A DNA stretch of 64,000 nt, from NCBI GenBank assembly GCA_900316075.1, contig ONBT01000008.1, positions 664 to 64,663 on the forward strand, written 5' to 3'. Source of the stretch: an uncultured Lachnospiraceae bacterium (GTDB lineage Bacteria; Bacillota; Clostridia; Lachnospirales; Lachnospiraceae). Position 1 is the first letter of the stretch, and the number at the start of each line of letters is the position of its first letter. The notes under the pieces were generated by a model. It was not told where the DNA came from. It ran no database searches and saw nothing but the letters and a program-made list of their open reading frames with translations. The translations under genes were made by a program, and so were the position numbers. Shown here piece by piece: positions 41,860 through 50,613 of this stretch.

Positions 41860-43215
41860 ATGACTGAGACAAACTCTGCAGATAAAAACTTAATGACAAC
41901 CGGCCCTGTCGGACAGAAAATCGTCCGCTTCGCCCTGCCCCTCTTCCTCGGCAATATCTTCCAGCAGCTTTATAATACGGCCGACTCCCTGATTGTCGGA
42001 AACTTCGTGGGCAGCGAAGCCCTCGCCGCCGTAAGCTCCTCCGGCAACCTCATCTTCATGGTGACAAGCTTCTTCATCGGCATTGCTTCAGGAGCCGGAG
42101 TCCTGATCGGAAGCAGTATCGGAGCCGGAGACAGGAAGCGGACGGAGACCACAGTCCATACGACCGTGGCCTTCGGCATCATCTGCAGCGTCATCATGAC
42201 CCTGATCGGCATTCTGCTTGCCCCGCCCATTCTGATTTTGATGCAGACTCCGGAAGATGTCCTTCCCCTCTCCATCACCTATTTCAGAATCTACTTCGCC
42301 GGGGCCTTCGGCTTCGTTATGTACAATACCTTTGTCGGCATCCTGCAGGCCGCCGGAGACAGCCGCCACCCCCTCTACTACCTGATCTTCTCCAGCGTCG
42401 TAAACATTATTCTTGACCTGATATTTGTAGGGCCTTTGAAGATGGGCGTGGCCGGAGCGGCTCTCGCCACGGACATCTCCCAGATTGCCAGCGCTCTTCT
42501 CTGCTTTGTCCGTCTGGTACGGACAGATGCGGACTACCGTATTGTTCCGCGGAAGATCCGCATTGAAAAGCGGACCCTGCGTCTCGTGCTCGGGCAGGGC
42601 CTTCCGGCAGGCCTGCAGAATTCCGTCATGGGCTTTTCCAATGTCGTGATTCAGTCCTATATCAATGCCTATGGAACGGCGGCCGTGGCCGGCATCGGAG
42701 CCTATATCAAAATTGAGGGCTTCGTCTTCATTCCCATCACGTCCTTCGCTCTGGCCATCACGACTTTTGTCAGCCAGAACCGGGGCGCCGGGCAGAAAGA
42801 AAGAATCAAGGACGGCGTCCGCTTCGGCCTCATCTGTACCCTGGTGATTGCAGAGATTCTCGGGCTCCTGCTGGCCGTCTTCTCCCCCCAGATGATCTAC
42901 CTCTTCGACCGGAATCCGGAGGTCATTCATTACGGAGTCATGCGGGCCCGCATTGTCACCCCCTTCTTCTTCCTCTGCGCCTACACCCACGCCATGAGCG
43001 GCGTCCTCCGGGGCCTGGGCAAGCCGATTCCTTCTTTACTGGCTTTCCTTCTCTGCTGGTGCGTCGTCCGGGTGGCGGGCCTGGCCATCGTGGAGCTATT
43101 CGTCCACACCATCATGACGACCTACATCATCTATCCCGCCACGTGGGCCCTGAGCAGCCTCTTCCTTTTCTTCTACTACAGGCATGTCAAGAAGACTTAC
43201 CTTGTGACGGAGTGA
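41860..43215 (+). CDS. MATE family efflux transporter
   Basis: 451 aa, 12 TM segments, N-terminal motif PLFLGNIFQQLYNTADSLIVGNFVG. Confidence 0.85.
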   Translation: MTETNSADKNLMTTGPVGQKIVRFALPLFLGNIFQQLYNTADSLIVGNFVGSEALAAVSSSGNLIFMVTSFFIGIASGAGVLIGSSIGAGDRKRTETTVHTTVAFGIICSVIMTLIGILLAPPILILMQTPEDVLPLSITYFRIYFAGAFGFVMYNTFVGILQAAGDSRHPLYYLIFSSVVNIILDLIFVGPLKMGVAGAALATDISQIASALLCFVRLVRTDADYRIVPRKIRIEKRTLRLVLGQGLPAGLQNSVMGFSNVVIQSYINAYGTAAVAGIGAYIKIEGFVFIPITSFALAITTFVSQNRGAGQKERIKDGVRFGLICTLVIAEILGLLLAVFSPQMIYLFDRNPEVIHYGVMRARIVTPFFFLCAYTHAMSGVLRGLGKPIPSLLAFLLCWCVVRVAGLAIVELFVHTIMTTYIIYPATWALSSLFLFFYYRHVKKTYLVTE

Positions 43216-43453
43216 AATAAGGTTGTGTACATTCGGGCAGGTCCGAAAGGACAGGGGATGCTTTTTCTTCTTGACATTCATCTGACACTGCAATATATTT
43301 GTAACATCTTCAAGCGGCATTTCGCCGCAGCTGTGTTCGCAGCAGGGTCTCTCCTTTCCGGAGGGGCCGCATACTCACTTTTCTTTTGTTCCTGTCTCGC
43401 GATGGGAATAGAAATGCTTTTGTTCAGATGCTATAATCGAAAGGAGAAAGCGT

Positions 43454-44296
43454 TTGGAAACAAAGAGAAAAACTTATGACGAACTCACCTTCACGGATGA
43501 CTTCATGTTCTGTGAGGTGCTGCGGAACCATCCGGAGCTCTGCAAGGCACTGGCGGAGCTGGTGACCGGCAGGAAGGTACAGTCTGTCCGCCTGCCTCAG
43601 GCGCAGATGTCGGAAAAATTCCTGTATGAGGGCAAGGGCGTTCGCTTCGATATTACCTTTGAGGATGATGCTCATACGAATTATGACATCGAAATGCAGA
43701 CGGTCCTGAAAGCAGGCATTTCTAAGCGCAGCCGCTACTACAGCAGTATGATCGACATGTACCATCTGAAACAAGGGACTGAATATTCAGCCCTACCGGA
43801 TTCGTACATCGTCTTCATCTGCTTGGAAGATCCGTTCAAGAAGGATATCGCCCGGTATACATTCCATGAAACATGTGAGGAACTGCCGGACTATCGCCTG
43901 GAGGACGGAAGGACAACCATCTTCATCAATTCCAAGAGCTCGAACGGAGCTTCTCCGGAACTGCTGGAATTTTTTGATTACCTGAACGGCCAAGGCCCTA
44001 GTTCTCCTTTGACAAAAGCAATTGAGAAAGCGGTCCTGGACCAAAAGGATAGTGAAGAAGGGAGAATACGTTATATGACTCTTGAAGAACACTACAAAGA
44101 GGAACGGGAAATCGGAAAAGCAGAAGGCATAGAAATCGGAACAGAAAAGGGGATAGAAATCGGAACAGAAAAAGGAATAAAAATCGGTAAGTCCGAGATG
44201 ATTCAAAATGCTGTGGCTGCCGGAAAATCTGTGGAGCAGATTGCAGATGTCCTGGGTCTTTCCGTAAAAGAAGTTCAGCGGTTTTGCCAACTCTGA
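43454..44296 (+). CDS. Rpn-family recombination-promoting nuclease / putative transposase (PD-(D/E)xK)
   Basis: TYDELTFTDDFMFCEVL, VRFDITFED..YDIEMQ and KRSRYY motifs. C-terminal GIEIGTEKG repeats. TTG start 6 nt after aaggaga. Confidence 0.75.
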   Translation: METKRKTYDELTFTDDFMFCEVLRNHPELCKALAELVTGRKVQSVRLPQAQMSEKFLYEGKGVRFDITFEDDAHTNYDIEMQTVLKAGISKRSRYYSSMIDMYHLKQGTEYSALPDSYIVFICLEDPFKKDIARYTFHETCEELPDYRLEDGRTTIFINSKSSNGASPELLEFFDYLNGQGPSSPLTKAIEKAVLDQKDSEEGRIRYMTLEEHYKEEREIGKAEGIEIGTEKGIEIGTEKGIKIGKSEMIQNAVAAGKSVEQIADVLGLSVKEVQRFCQL

Positions 44297-44553
44297 TTTC
44301 GTGCAAATCCCGTCGCCGTCTCCTTCCAAAAGCCTTCAGTGCCTTTGCGCTAGCTGCCGGTCAGCAAGGGCAGAATGGGAGCCGAAGGCACGAGAGTCCT
44401 GCAGGTCCGGCGTGAAAATCCGGTGAGTGGCCAAACCGCCTGCACAAAATGTGAGTATTCAAGAGCCTGGCCTGATGCAAGGGTAAGCGGGAAAAGAAGG
44501 GGGCCCCGACGGACGCCGCAGCGGTCCGTAAACCGGTAATTCGGCTGGGGGAC

Positions 44554-44583
44554 TTGCGAACTTCCTGCATTTAAGACTATAAT
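44554..44583 (+). promoter_or_regulatory. sigma-A promoter for murC
   Basis: TTGCGA, 18-nt spacer, TATAAT, about 45 nt upstream of the murC ATG. Confidence 0.55.
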
Positions 44584-44626
44584 ATTTTGTTTTGAACAAT
44601 ATCCCTGATTTGAAAGGTTTTGCATA

Positions 44627-46057
44627 ATGAACGGAATCGATCTGTCGAAGCCTCTGAAGGTCCATTTCATCGGCATTGGCGGAATATCCATGAGCGGCCT
44701 TGCGGAAATTCTCTTGGGCCGCGGTTTTGAAGTCTCCGGCAGCGATCGGGCCGAAAGCCCCCTGACGAAGCACCTCTCCGAGCTCGGCGCCGACATCCGC
44801 TACCCCCAGGCGGCGGAGAATATCGGCAGTCGGCCCATCGACCTCGTGGTCTACACGGCGGCCATCCACCCGGACAACCCCGAGTACGTAGCCTGTGTCG
44901 ACCGGGGCCTTCACATGGTGACCCGGGCGGCCCTGCTCGGCGCCATCATGGACGAGTACGCCCAGTCGGTGGCCATCGCCGGTACCCACGGCAAGACCAC
45001 GACCACTTCCATGGTGACCCAGATTCTGCTCGAGGACAGGCTACACAAGCCCACAGTCTCCGTCGGCGCCATTGACCCGGCCATCGGCTCCAATGTCCTC
45101 GTGGGCAACGACGACGCCTTCGTGGCCGAGGCCTGCGAATACTCGAATTCCTTCCTCTTCCTGCACCCGACCGTCGCCGTCGTCTTGAATGTCGAGGCCG
45201 AGCATCTGGACTTCTTCAAGAACCTAGGCGCCATCCGCGAGAGCTTTCATGAGTTTATGACTAATGTAAAGCCCGGGGGCTGCGTGGTCATAAACTCTTC
45301 CATCGAAAACTATAAAGAGCTGGCGGCCGGCCTCAATGAAGGCGTCCGGGTCGTGACCTACGGCCTGACAAGCGAAGCGGACTGCCATCCCGAAGATATT
45401 ATTTATAATGCCCTTGGCTGCGCCTCCTTCGTCCCTGTATATAAGGGAAAGAAGCTCTCACGAGTAGAACTGAAGGTGCCCGGCGAGCACAATGTCGGAA
45501 ATGCCTGCGCTGCAGCGGCTGCGGCCATCGCCCTCTCTGAGAACGAGCAGACTGAAGCAGCAGGCGGGACCTTTGCGGTCAGCCCGGAGGCAATCGCGGC
45601 GGGCCTTTCCAAGTTCACCGGAGCCAAGCGCCGCTTCGAGTACCGGGGCACCTTCCAGGGGGCTACGGTCGTGGACGACTACGCCCACCATCCGACGGAA
45701 ATCGAGGCTACCCTGAAGGCTGCCCAGCGGGTGGACCACAAGAGACTGATCCTGGTCTTCCAGCCCCATACCTATACCCGTACGAAGTCATTTCTGAATG
45801 ACTTCGTACGGGTCCTGGGGCTCGCGGACACGGTTGTGCTCGCCCCCATCTACGCGGCCCGGGAGAAGGACGTCTACGGCATCCATTCCACGGACATCCG
45901 GGACCTGCTGGTGCAAGCTGGAAAAGACGCCTACGCTTTCGACACGTTTGATGAGATTGAAGATTTTCTTCGAAAAAATTGTATGAACGGCGACCTGTTG
46001 ATAACAATGGGGGCCGGAGACGTCGTAAAAGTCGCCGATGATATCACGGCGGGTTGA
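44627..46057 (+). CDS. murC: UDP-N-acetylmuramate--L-alanine ligase
   Basis: HFIGIGGISMSGLAEIL, GTHGKTTTTSM and Mur ligase middle/C-terminal domains. Confidence 0.95.
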   Translation: MNGIDLSKPLKVHFIGIGGISMSGLAEILLGRGFEVSGSDRAESPLTKHLSELGADIRYPQAAENIGSRPIDLVVYTAAIHPDNPEYVACVDRGLHMVTRAALLGAIMDEYAQSVAIAGTHGKTTTTSMVTQILLEDRLHKPTVSVGAIDPAIGSNVLVGNDDAFVAEACEYSNSFLFLHPTVAVVLNVEAEHLDFFKNLGAIRESFHEFMTNVKPGGCVVINSSIENYKELAAGLNEGVRVVTYGLTSEADCHPEDIIYNALGCASFVPVYKGKKLSRVELKVPGEHNVGNACAAAAAAIALSENEQTEAAGGTFAVSPEAIAAGLSKFTGAKRRFEYRGTFQGATVVDDYAHHPTEIEATLKAAQRVDHKRLILVFQPHTYTRTKSFLNDFVRVLGLADTVVLAPIYAAREKDVYGIHSTDIRDLLVQAGKDAYAFDTFDEIEDFLRKNCMNGDLLITMGAGDVVKVADDITAG

Positions 46058-46069
46058 CTTATGAACATT

Positions 46070-46119
46070 ATCCACAGGAGAAGGCCTTTTCGGAGGCGGA
46101 GCCCTGTGGATATTTTTTG
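46070..46119 (+). terminator. probable terminator after murC
   Basis: 9-bp stem atccacagg / cctgtggat with a 24-nt loop, followed by attttttg. Confidence 0.5.
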
Positions 46120-46281
46120 CCGTGGAAACAGGGCCTGACCAAGACTTATCAACAGTGTGAACGAAGGCGGAAACCCGCGCCGTTCCTGCCTTGTGGGCAA
46201 CTTCATCCTTTTCGGAAGCTGTCGGCTGTGCTATAATTCGTCTCACCTTAAATTCGAGGGGAGAGGAAGACTCACCGATAC

Positions 46282-47415
46282 ATGGATGACATACGACTGA
46301 GGATCAGCCGGGCCCGCCAGCGGGTTACCGCCGTACCTGACATTTTTATAGATGAATATATGAAGGACGCGAACGGGGAGTTCGTGAAGATTTACCTCTA
46401 CCTCCTCCGCTGCCTTTCGAGAGACGACGGCTCTTTTTCGGTTTCCGCCATGGCCGACGCCCTGGACCACACGGAGCGGGACATCAGCCGGGCCCTGCGC
46501 TACTGGGAGAAGAAGGGGCTGATCACCCTGGAGTTCGACGGGAAGGAAGAGCTTATAGGAATCACCCTGGTCGACATCACCGGAGACTATCCGGAGACGT
46601 CTGCGGAGAAGGCTCCTGTCCCGGCAGGGGATGACGCGGTGGCCCTGACCTGCGGGAAGCGGCCCCGGGGCGGAGCGCCTGCCGGGAAGGCTGCTGAGGA
46701 AGAGCGACCCGCTCCGGCCCTTGAAAAGGACCACGACCCGGTCGAGATTGCGGCCGCTGCGGATGAGGATGAGGAGATCCGGGATACCCTGCAGGCTGCG
46801 GAAATCTATCTGGGCCGGCCTGTGACGCCCCAGGAGACGGCGAAGTTCTACTCCTGGTACCAGGACCTTCATATGTCCCCCGCCCTGATTTCCCACCTGA
46901 TCGAATCCTGCATCGGGGCCGGCCACCGGGATTTTTCCTATATGAATGCGGTCGCCCTTCGGTGGACGGAGAAGGGCTTCAAGACCCCGGAGGAGGCCGA
47001 GACCTACGGGAAGGTCTACTCGACTACCTACCGGGCCGTGGTCAAGGCATTTGGCATATCGGGCCGGAACCTCTCCGACGCGGAGACCGCCTATGTGGAC
47101 AAGTGGGTGACCGAATACGGCTTTGGGGACGGCATCATCGCCGAGGCCTGCCGCAAGACGATTCTTCGCCTGGGCACGGTCAGCTTCCCCTATGCGGATT
47201 CCATCCTGGCCCGCTGGGCGTCTTCCGGCGTCACGTCCCTTTCGGACATTGCGGCCCTGGACAAGAAGCACGGGCAGGAGACCAGCCGGGATTACAGCGT
47301 GAAGCTGGGAACCGGAGCGAGCACCGCAGGCCCCGTGAATCCGAAGATTCACAACTTCCCGGAGCACAATTACGACTTCCAGTCCATCGAGCAGAAGCTC
47401 CTGAAGAAGTCTTGA
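46282..47415 (+). CDS. DnaD/DnaB_2-domain replication protein
   Basis: N-terminal winged-helix region (ISRALRYWEKKGLI) and two DnaB_2-like repeats (FYSWYQDLHMSPALISHLIESCI; AYVDKWVTEYGFGDGIIAEAC). Confidence 0.75.
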   Translation: MDDIRLRISRARQRVTAVPDIFIDEYMKDANGEFVKIYLYLLRCLSRDDGSFSVSAMADALDHTERDISRALRYWEKKGLITLEFDGKEELIGITLVDITGDYPETSAEKAPVPAGDDAVALTCGKRPRGGAPAGKAAEEERPAPALEKDHDPVEIAAAADEDEEIRDTLQAAEIYLGRPVTPQETAKFYSWYQDLHMSPALISHLIESCIGAGHRDFSYMNAVALRWTEKGFKTPEEAETYGKVYSTTYRAVVKAFGISGRNLSDAETAYVDKWVTEYGFGDGIIAEACRKTILRLGTVSFPYADSILARWASSGVTSLSDIAALDKKHGQETSRDYSVKLGTGASTAGPVNPKIHNFPEHNYDFQSIEQKLLKKS

Positions 47416-47436
47416 GATTATAGAAGGAAAAAACGA

Positions 47437-48528
47437 ATGCCTCTGACAGGGGACCAGTACCAGAGCGTGATGCGGGTCATCAACGCACGGGAGCTTGCAG
47501 CCGAGCGGGCCGCGGAAGACCGGCGGAGAGAGACCTTTGCGAGGCTGCCCGAACTGAAGAAGCTGAAGGACGAGGTGACCGCCGCCGGCGTCACGGCCAC
47601 GAAGAAGTACATGGCCGGGGACAAGGGGGCCCGGGAGGCCTTTGACAAGATCCGGAAAACCGCGGCGGAAATGGAAACTGCCCTCCTGGCCAAGGAAGGC
47701 CTGCCGGCCGACTATCTCGAGCCGCAGTACACATGTCCGGATTGCCATGACACGGGGATTTTCGACGACGGGACCCCCTGCCACTGCTTCACCCAGCTCG
47801 CCTACGACATCATATATTCCCAGGACCGGCTTCGCTACTGGCTCAGCCGGAACAGCTTCGGGAGCTTTGATCTCTCGCTCTACTCCGACGCGGAGACGGA
47901 CCCCGTAACGGGGGAGACCTGCCGGACCCTGGCGGAGCGGGCCCTCGGAACGGCCGCGGCCTTTGTCTATGACATGACGGGGCGGCCCGTTCACGGCAGC
48001 CCCGCCGTCATGGCCGCTGTAACTGCCTCGGGCAAGTGTCCGGCTGTTGACGCCGGCTCCGGCAGCCTTGCGGCTGCCCCTGCCGGTCCGGCGCTCGCTG
48101 AGGCTCGCGCCTCCGTCCCCAACCTTGTCATCTACGGCTCCACAGGCACCGGCAAGACCTTCCTCACCCACTGTATCACGGGCGAGGTCATGGACGCGGG
48201 GAAGACCTGCATATATCTCACGGCCGCGGAATTCGTGGATGTGGCGGAGCAGGCGGAGTTCAAGCACCAGCCCGAGGATTTCCGGAACTGCTTCACCTGC
48301 GACCTCCTGGTCATTGACGACCTGGGGACCGAGCTTGTGAACTCCTTCACGTCCGGCGTTGTCTACCGGGTCGTGAACGAGCGGCTCCTGAACCGTAAGT
48401 CCACCGTGATTTCGACCAATCTCATGCTGGACCAGCTGCAGACGACCTACTCGGACCGGACCTTCTCGCGGCTGGGCGGGAATTACAAGTTCATCCGCCT
48501 GGTCGGGGCCGACCACCGGGTAGAATAG
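47437..48528 (+). CDS. DnaI/DnaC-type helicase loader ATPase
   Basis: Zinc-ribbon-like CPDCHDTG..CHC, Walker A GSTGTGKTF and Walker B DLLVIDDLG. Confidence 0.75.
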   Translation: MPLTGDQYQSVMRVINARELAAERAAEDRRRETFARLPELKKLKDEVTAAGVTATKKYMAGDKGAREAFDKIRKTAAEMETALLAKEGLPADYLEPQYTCPDCHDTGIFDDGTPCHCFTQLAYDIIYSQDRLRYWLSRNSFGSFDLSLYSDAETDPVTGETCRTLAERALGTAAAFVYDMTGRPVHGSPAVMAAVTASGKCPAVDAGSGSLAAAPAGPALAEARASVPNLVIYGSTGTGKTFLTHCITGEVMDAGKTCIYLTAAEFVDVAEQAEFKHQPEDFRNCFTCDLLVIDDLGTELVNSFTSGVVYRVVNERLLNRKSTVISTNLMLDQLQTTYSDRTFSRLGGNYKFIRLVGADHRVE

Positions 48529-48669
48529 AGCTGGCCCACAAATGCACCGCCGGACATAGTCCGGCCCCGGGGCTCGCACAAGGCTTGCCCCGCCCGGAAA
48601 CGCACTGCGTCTCGTGAGTTTCCACAGAATGTGAGTCAAAAATAGTGCAATTTCCCGCAAAATGCCCCC

Positions 48670-48697
48670 TTGTTGCGGCTTTTCGAATTGTTATAAT
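48670..48697 (+). promoter_or_regulatory. sigma-A promoter with extended -10 for prs
   Basis: TTGTTG, 16-nt spacer (whose last 3 nt are TGt), TATAAT. Confidence 0.5.
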
Positions 48698-48758
48698 ATT
48701 TGCGGCCTAATTTACGGACTTTTTACATTATTCATCAGAAAATATGCGGAGGAAAGAC

Positions 48759-49946
48759 ATGGCAGGCAGCATCGGAAATGAAGATTTACTGACCAGAAAA
48801 CCGGTCGCACCCTTAGGGCTCATTCCCTTGAAGAGCATCGAGTCGATCGGGTCCAAGGTCGACAAGTTCCTGCTCGAATGGCGGGCGGAGCGGCCCATCG
48901 ACCACCTTGACAGCGTCGAGCAGCAGGATTACGCCAAGGACACCTTCATTATCAATACGAAGTGCCCCCGTTTCGGCTCCGGCGAGGCCAAGGCTACGAT
49001 TTCCGACTCCATCCGGGGCCTGGACATCTACATCCTGGTCGATGTCATGAACTATTCCCTGACCTATTCCATGTGCGGGCAGACGAACCACATGTCCCCC
49101 GACGACCACTACGCGGACCTGAAGCGGACCATCGCTGCCATCGGCGGCAAGGCCCATCGGGTCAACTGCATTATTCCTTTCCTCTATGAATCCCGCCAGC
49201 ACAAGCGGGCCTCCCGGGAGTCCCTGGACTGCGCCGTAGCTCTGCAGGAGCTTGTGAATATGGGCGTGGACAATATCATCACCTTCGATGCCCATGATCC
49301 CCGGGTCATGAATTCCATCCCTCTTCACGGATTTGAATCCATCCGCCCCGCCTACCAGTTCATCAAGAATATCTGCAAGAAGGTCAAAGACCTGCAGATT
49401 GACAATGACCACCTGATGATCATCTCCCCCGACGAGGGCGCCATGGACCGGGCAGTCTATATGGCAAACGTCCTCGGTGTCGACGTCGGCATGTTCTATA
49501 AGCGCAGGGACTATTCCCGTGTTGTCGACGGCCGCAACCCCATCGTCGCCCACGAATTCCTGGGCGATTCCGTCGAAGGCAAGGACGTCATCATCATCGA
49601 CGACATGATTTCCTCCGGCGAGTCCATGATTGACGTGGCGAGACAGCTGAAGAAGCGCAAGGCGAACCGGATTTTCGCGGTTTCCACCTTCGGCCTCTTC
49701 ACGAACGGCCTCGAGGCCTTCGATCAGGCGGTGGAAGACGGGGTCATCTACAAGGTCGTCACGACAAACCTCGTATACCAGACCCCGGAGCTTTTAGACC
49801 GGGAGTGGTACATCTCCTGCGATATGTCGAAATACATCGCTTATATCATCGATACCTTGAACCACGACTGCAGCCTTTCCTCCCTGCTCGATCCTTCGGA
49901 GCGGATCAACAATCTCCTCAAGAGATACCGGGCCGGTGAATATTGA
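48759..49946 (+). CDS. prs: ribose-phosphate pyrophosphokinase (long form)
   Basis: PRPP-binding loop VIIIDDMISSGESM. Start set at ATG 48759 behind GGAGGAAAG. Confidence 0.9.
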   Translation: MAGSIGNEDLLTRKPVAPLGLIPLKSIESIGSKVDKFLLEWRAERPIDHLDSVEQQDYAKDTFIINTKCPRFGSGEAKATISDSIRGLDIYILVDVMNYSLTYSMCGQTNHMSPDDHYADLKRTIAAIGGKAHRVNCIIPFLYESRQHKRASRESLDCAVALQELVNMGVDNIITFDAHDPRVMNSIPLHGFESIRPAYQFIKNICKKVKDLQIDNDHLMIISPDEGAMDRAVYMANVLGVDVGMFYKRRDYSRVVDGRNPIVAHEFLGDSVEGKDVIIIDDMISSGESMIDVARQLKKRKANRIFAVSTFGLFTNGLEAFDQAVEDGVIYKVVTTNLVYQTPELLDREWYISCDMSKYIAYIIDTLNHDCSLSSLLDPSERINNLLKRYRAGEY

Positions 49947-49974
49947 GAATAATATTTTCGCCATTGGTTACTGA

Positions 49975-50012
49975 GCCGGGCGGCGCGAACGAACGCGTCG
50001 CCCGGCCTTTTT
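49975..50012. terminator. rho-independent terminator after prs
   Basis: gccgggcggcgcg-aacgaa-cgcgtcgcccggc followed by cttttt. Confidence 0.75.
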
Positions 50013-50074
50013 GTCACCTGCCCGCATCGCTACGTCTGCTGCCGCCTGCGCGGTGCCTGTGTTGCCTTGGTGGG

Positions 50075-50488
50075 GCAAATACCGCCCATCGCCGTCATCC
50101 CTGAAAGTTCAAATCAGAAAAGCAAGTCGCTCACGCGGCGGATCCGGGCAAATACCGCCCATTGCCGCCATCCCTGAAAGTTCAAATCAGGAAATCAAGT
50201 CGCTCACGCGGCGGATTCGGGCAAATACCGCCCATATTTTTCATCGCCGGACGCCTGAAGCCCCAATGCATGGGCGGTATTTGTCTCAAATTGCCTGCCC
50301 TGCGACTTGTTTTTCATTTCTGAGCTCCGCCCATGCATGGACATGGGCGGTATTTGCGTGTGGGCGGCGGTTTAGCGACCAGGATTCATTCCCTTAGATC
50401 TTCCCGCCGCGCCGCATGGGCGGTATTTGCGTGCGGCCGGCACTTTTGCGACCGGACTTCCTTTTCCTGAGCTCCGTCTGCCGCCCGC
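50075..50488. repeat. 73-bp repeat array: three direct units followed by three inverted units
   Basis: Core GCAAATACCGCCCAT at 50075, 50148 and 50221. Its reverse complement ATGGGCGGTATTTG at 50270, 50343 and 50416. Exact 73-bp spacing within each arm. Confidence 0.9.
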
Positions 50489-50510
50489 ATCCCAAAATTC
50501 CCGCCAGCCC

Positions 50511-50538
50511 TCAAGAATCTCTGTCCCTTGTCCGATAG
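50511..50538 (+). promoter_or_regulatory. sigma-28 (FliA/SigD)-like promoter
   Basis: TCAA, 16-nt spacer, TCCGATAG, compared with the consensus TAAA-N15-GCCGATAA. It lies about 75 nt upstream of the flagellin start. Confidence 0.45.
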
Positions 50539-50613
50539 CATAAATAGCAGATTATTCTTTTTCAGGGCTTTCTTTACCTAATGTATCACTGAATAGACAG
50601 CGGGGCGACAGGG

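Noticed and set aside
44341-44553. Cobalamin riboswitch or SRP RNA, suggested by CCGG-CGUGAAAAU-CCGG and CAGGUCCGG words.
   Set aside because: No B12 box (..GACCUGCC), no GCCACUG element and no SRP GGAA-tetraloop domain IV (CAGGUCCGGAAGGAAGCAGC). The context, upstream of the murC promoter, does not fit a cis-regulator.
46243-48660. 805-aa minus-strand ORF. Similar long antisense ORFs occur at 14663-16261 (-), 19753-21153 (-), 35507-37057 (+), 38248-39897 (-), 12739-13821 (-), 55709-56872 (-) and 62170-63651 (-).
   Set aside because: They lie exactly opposite well-supported genes (dnaD/dnaI-like, atpB/D, ABC, the 859-aa gene, ltaS-like, atpA, glgD, murA). Their Arg/Gly/Pro/Val-rich composition is typical of GC-driven shadow frames, and they show no motifs.
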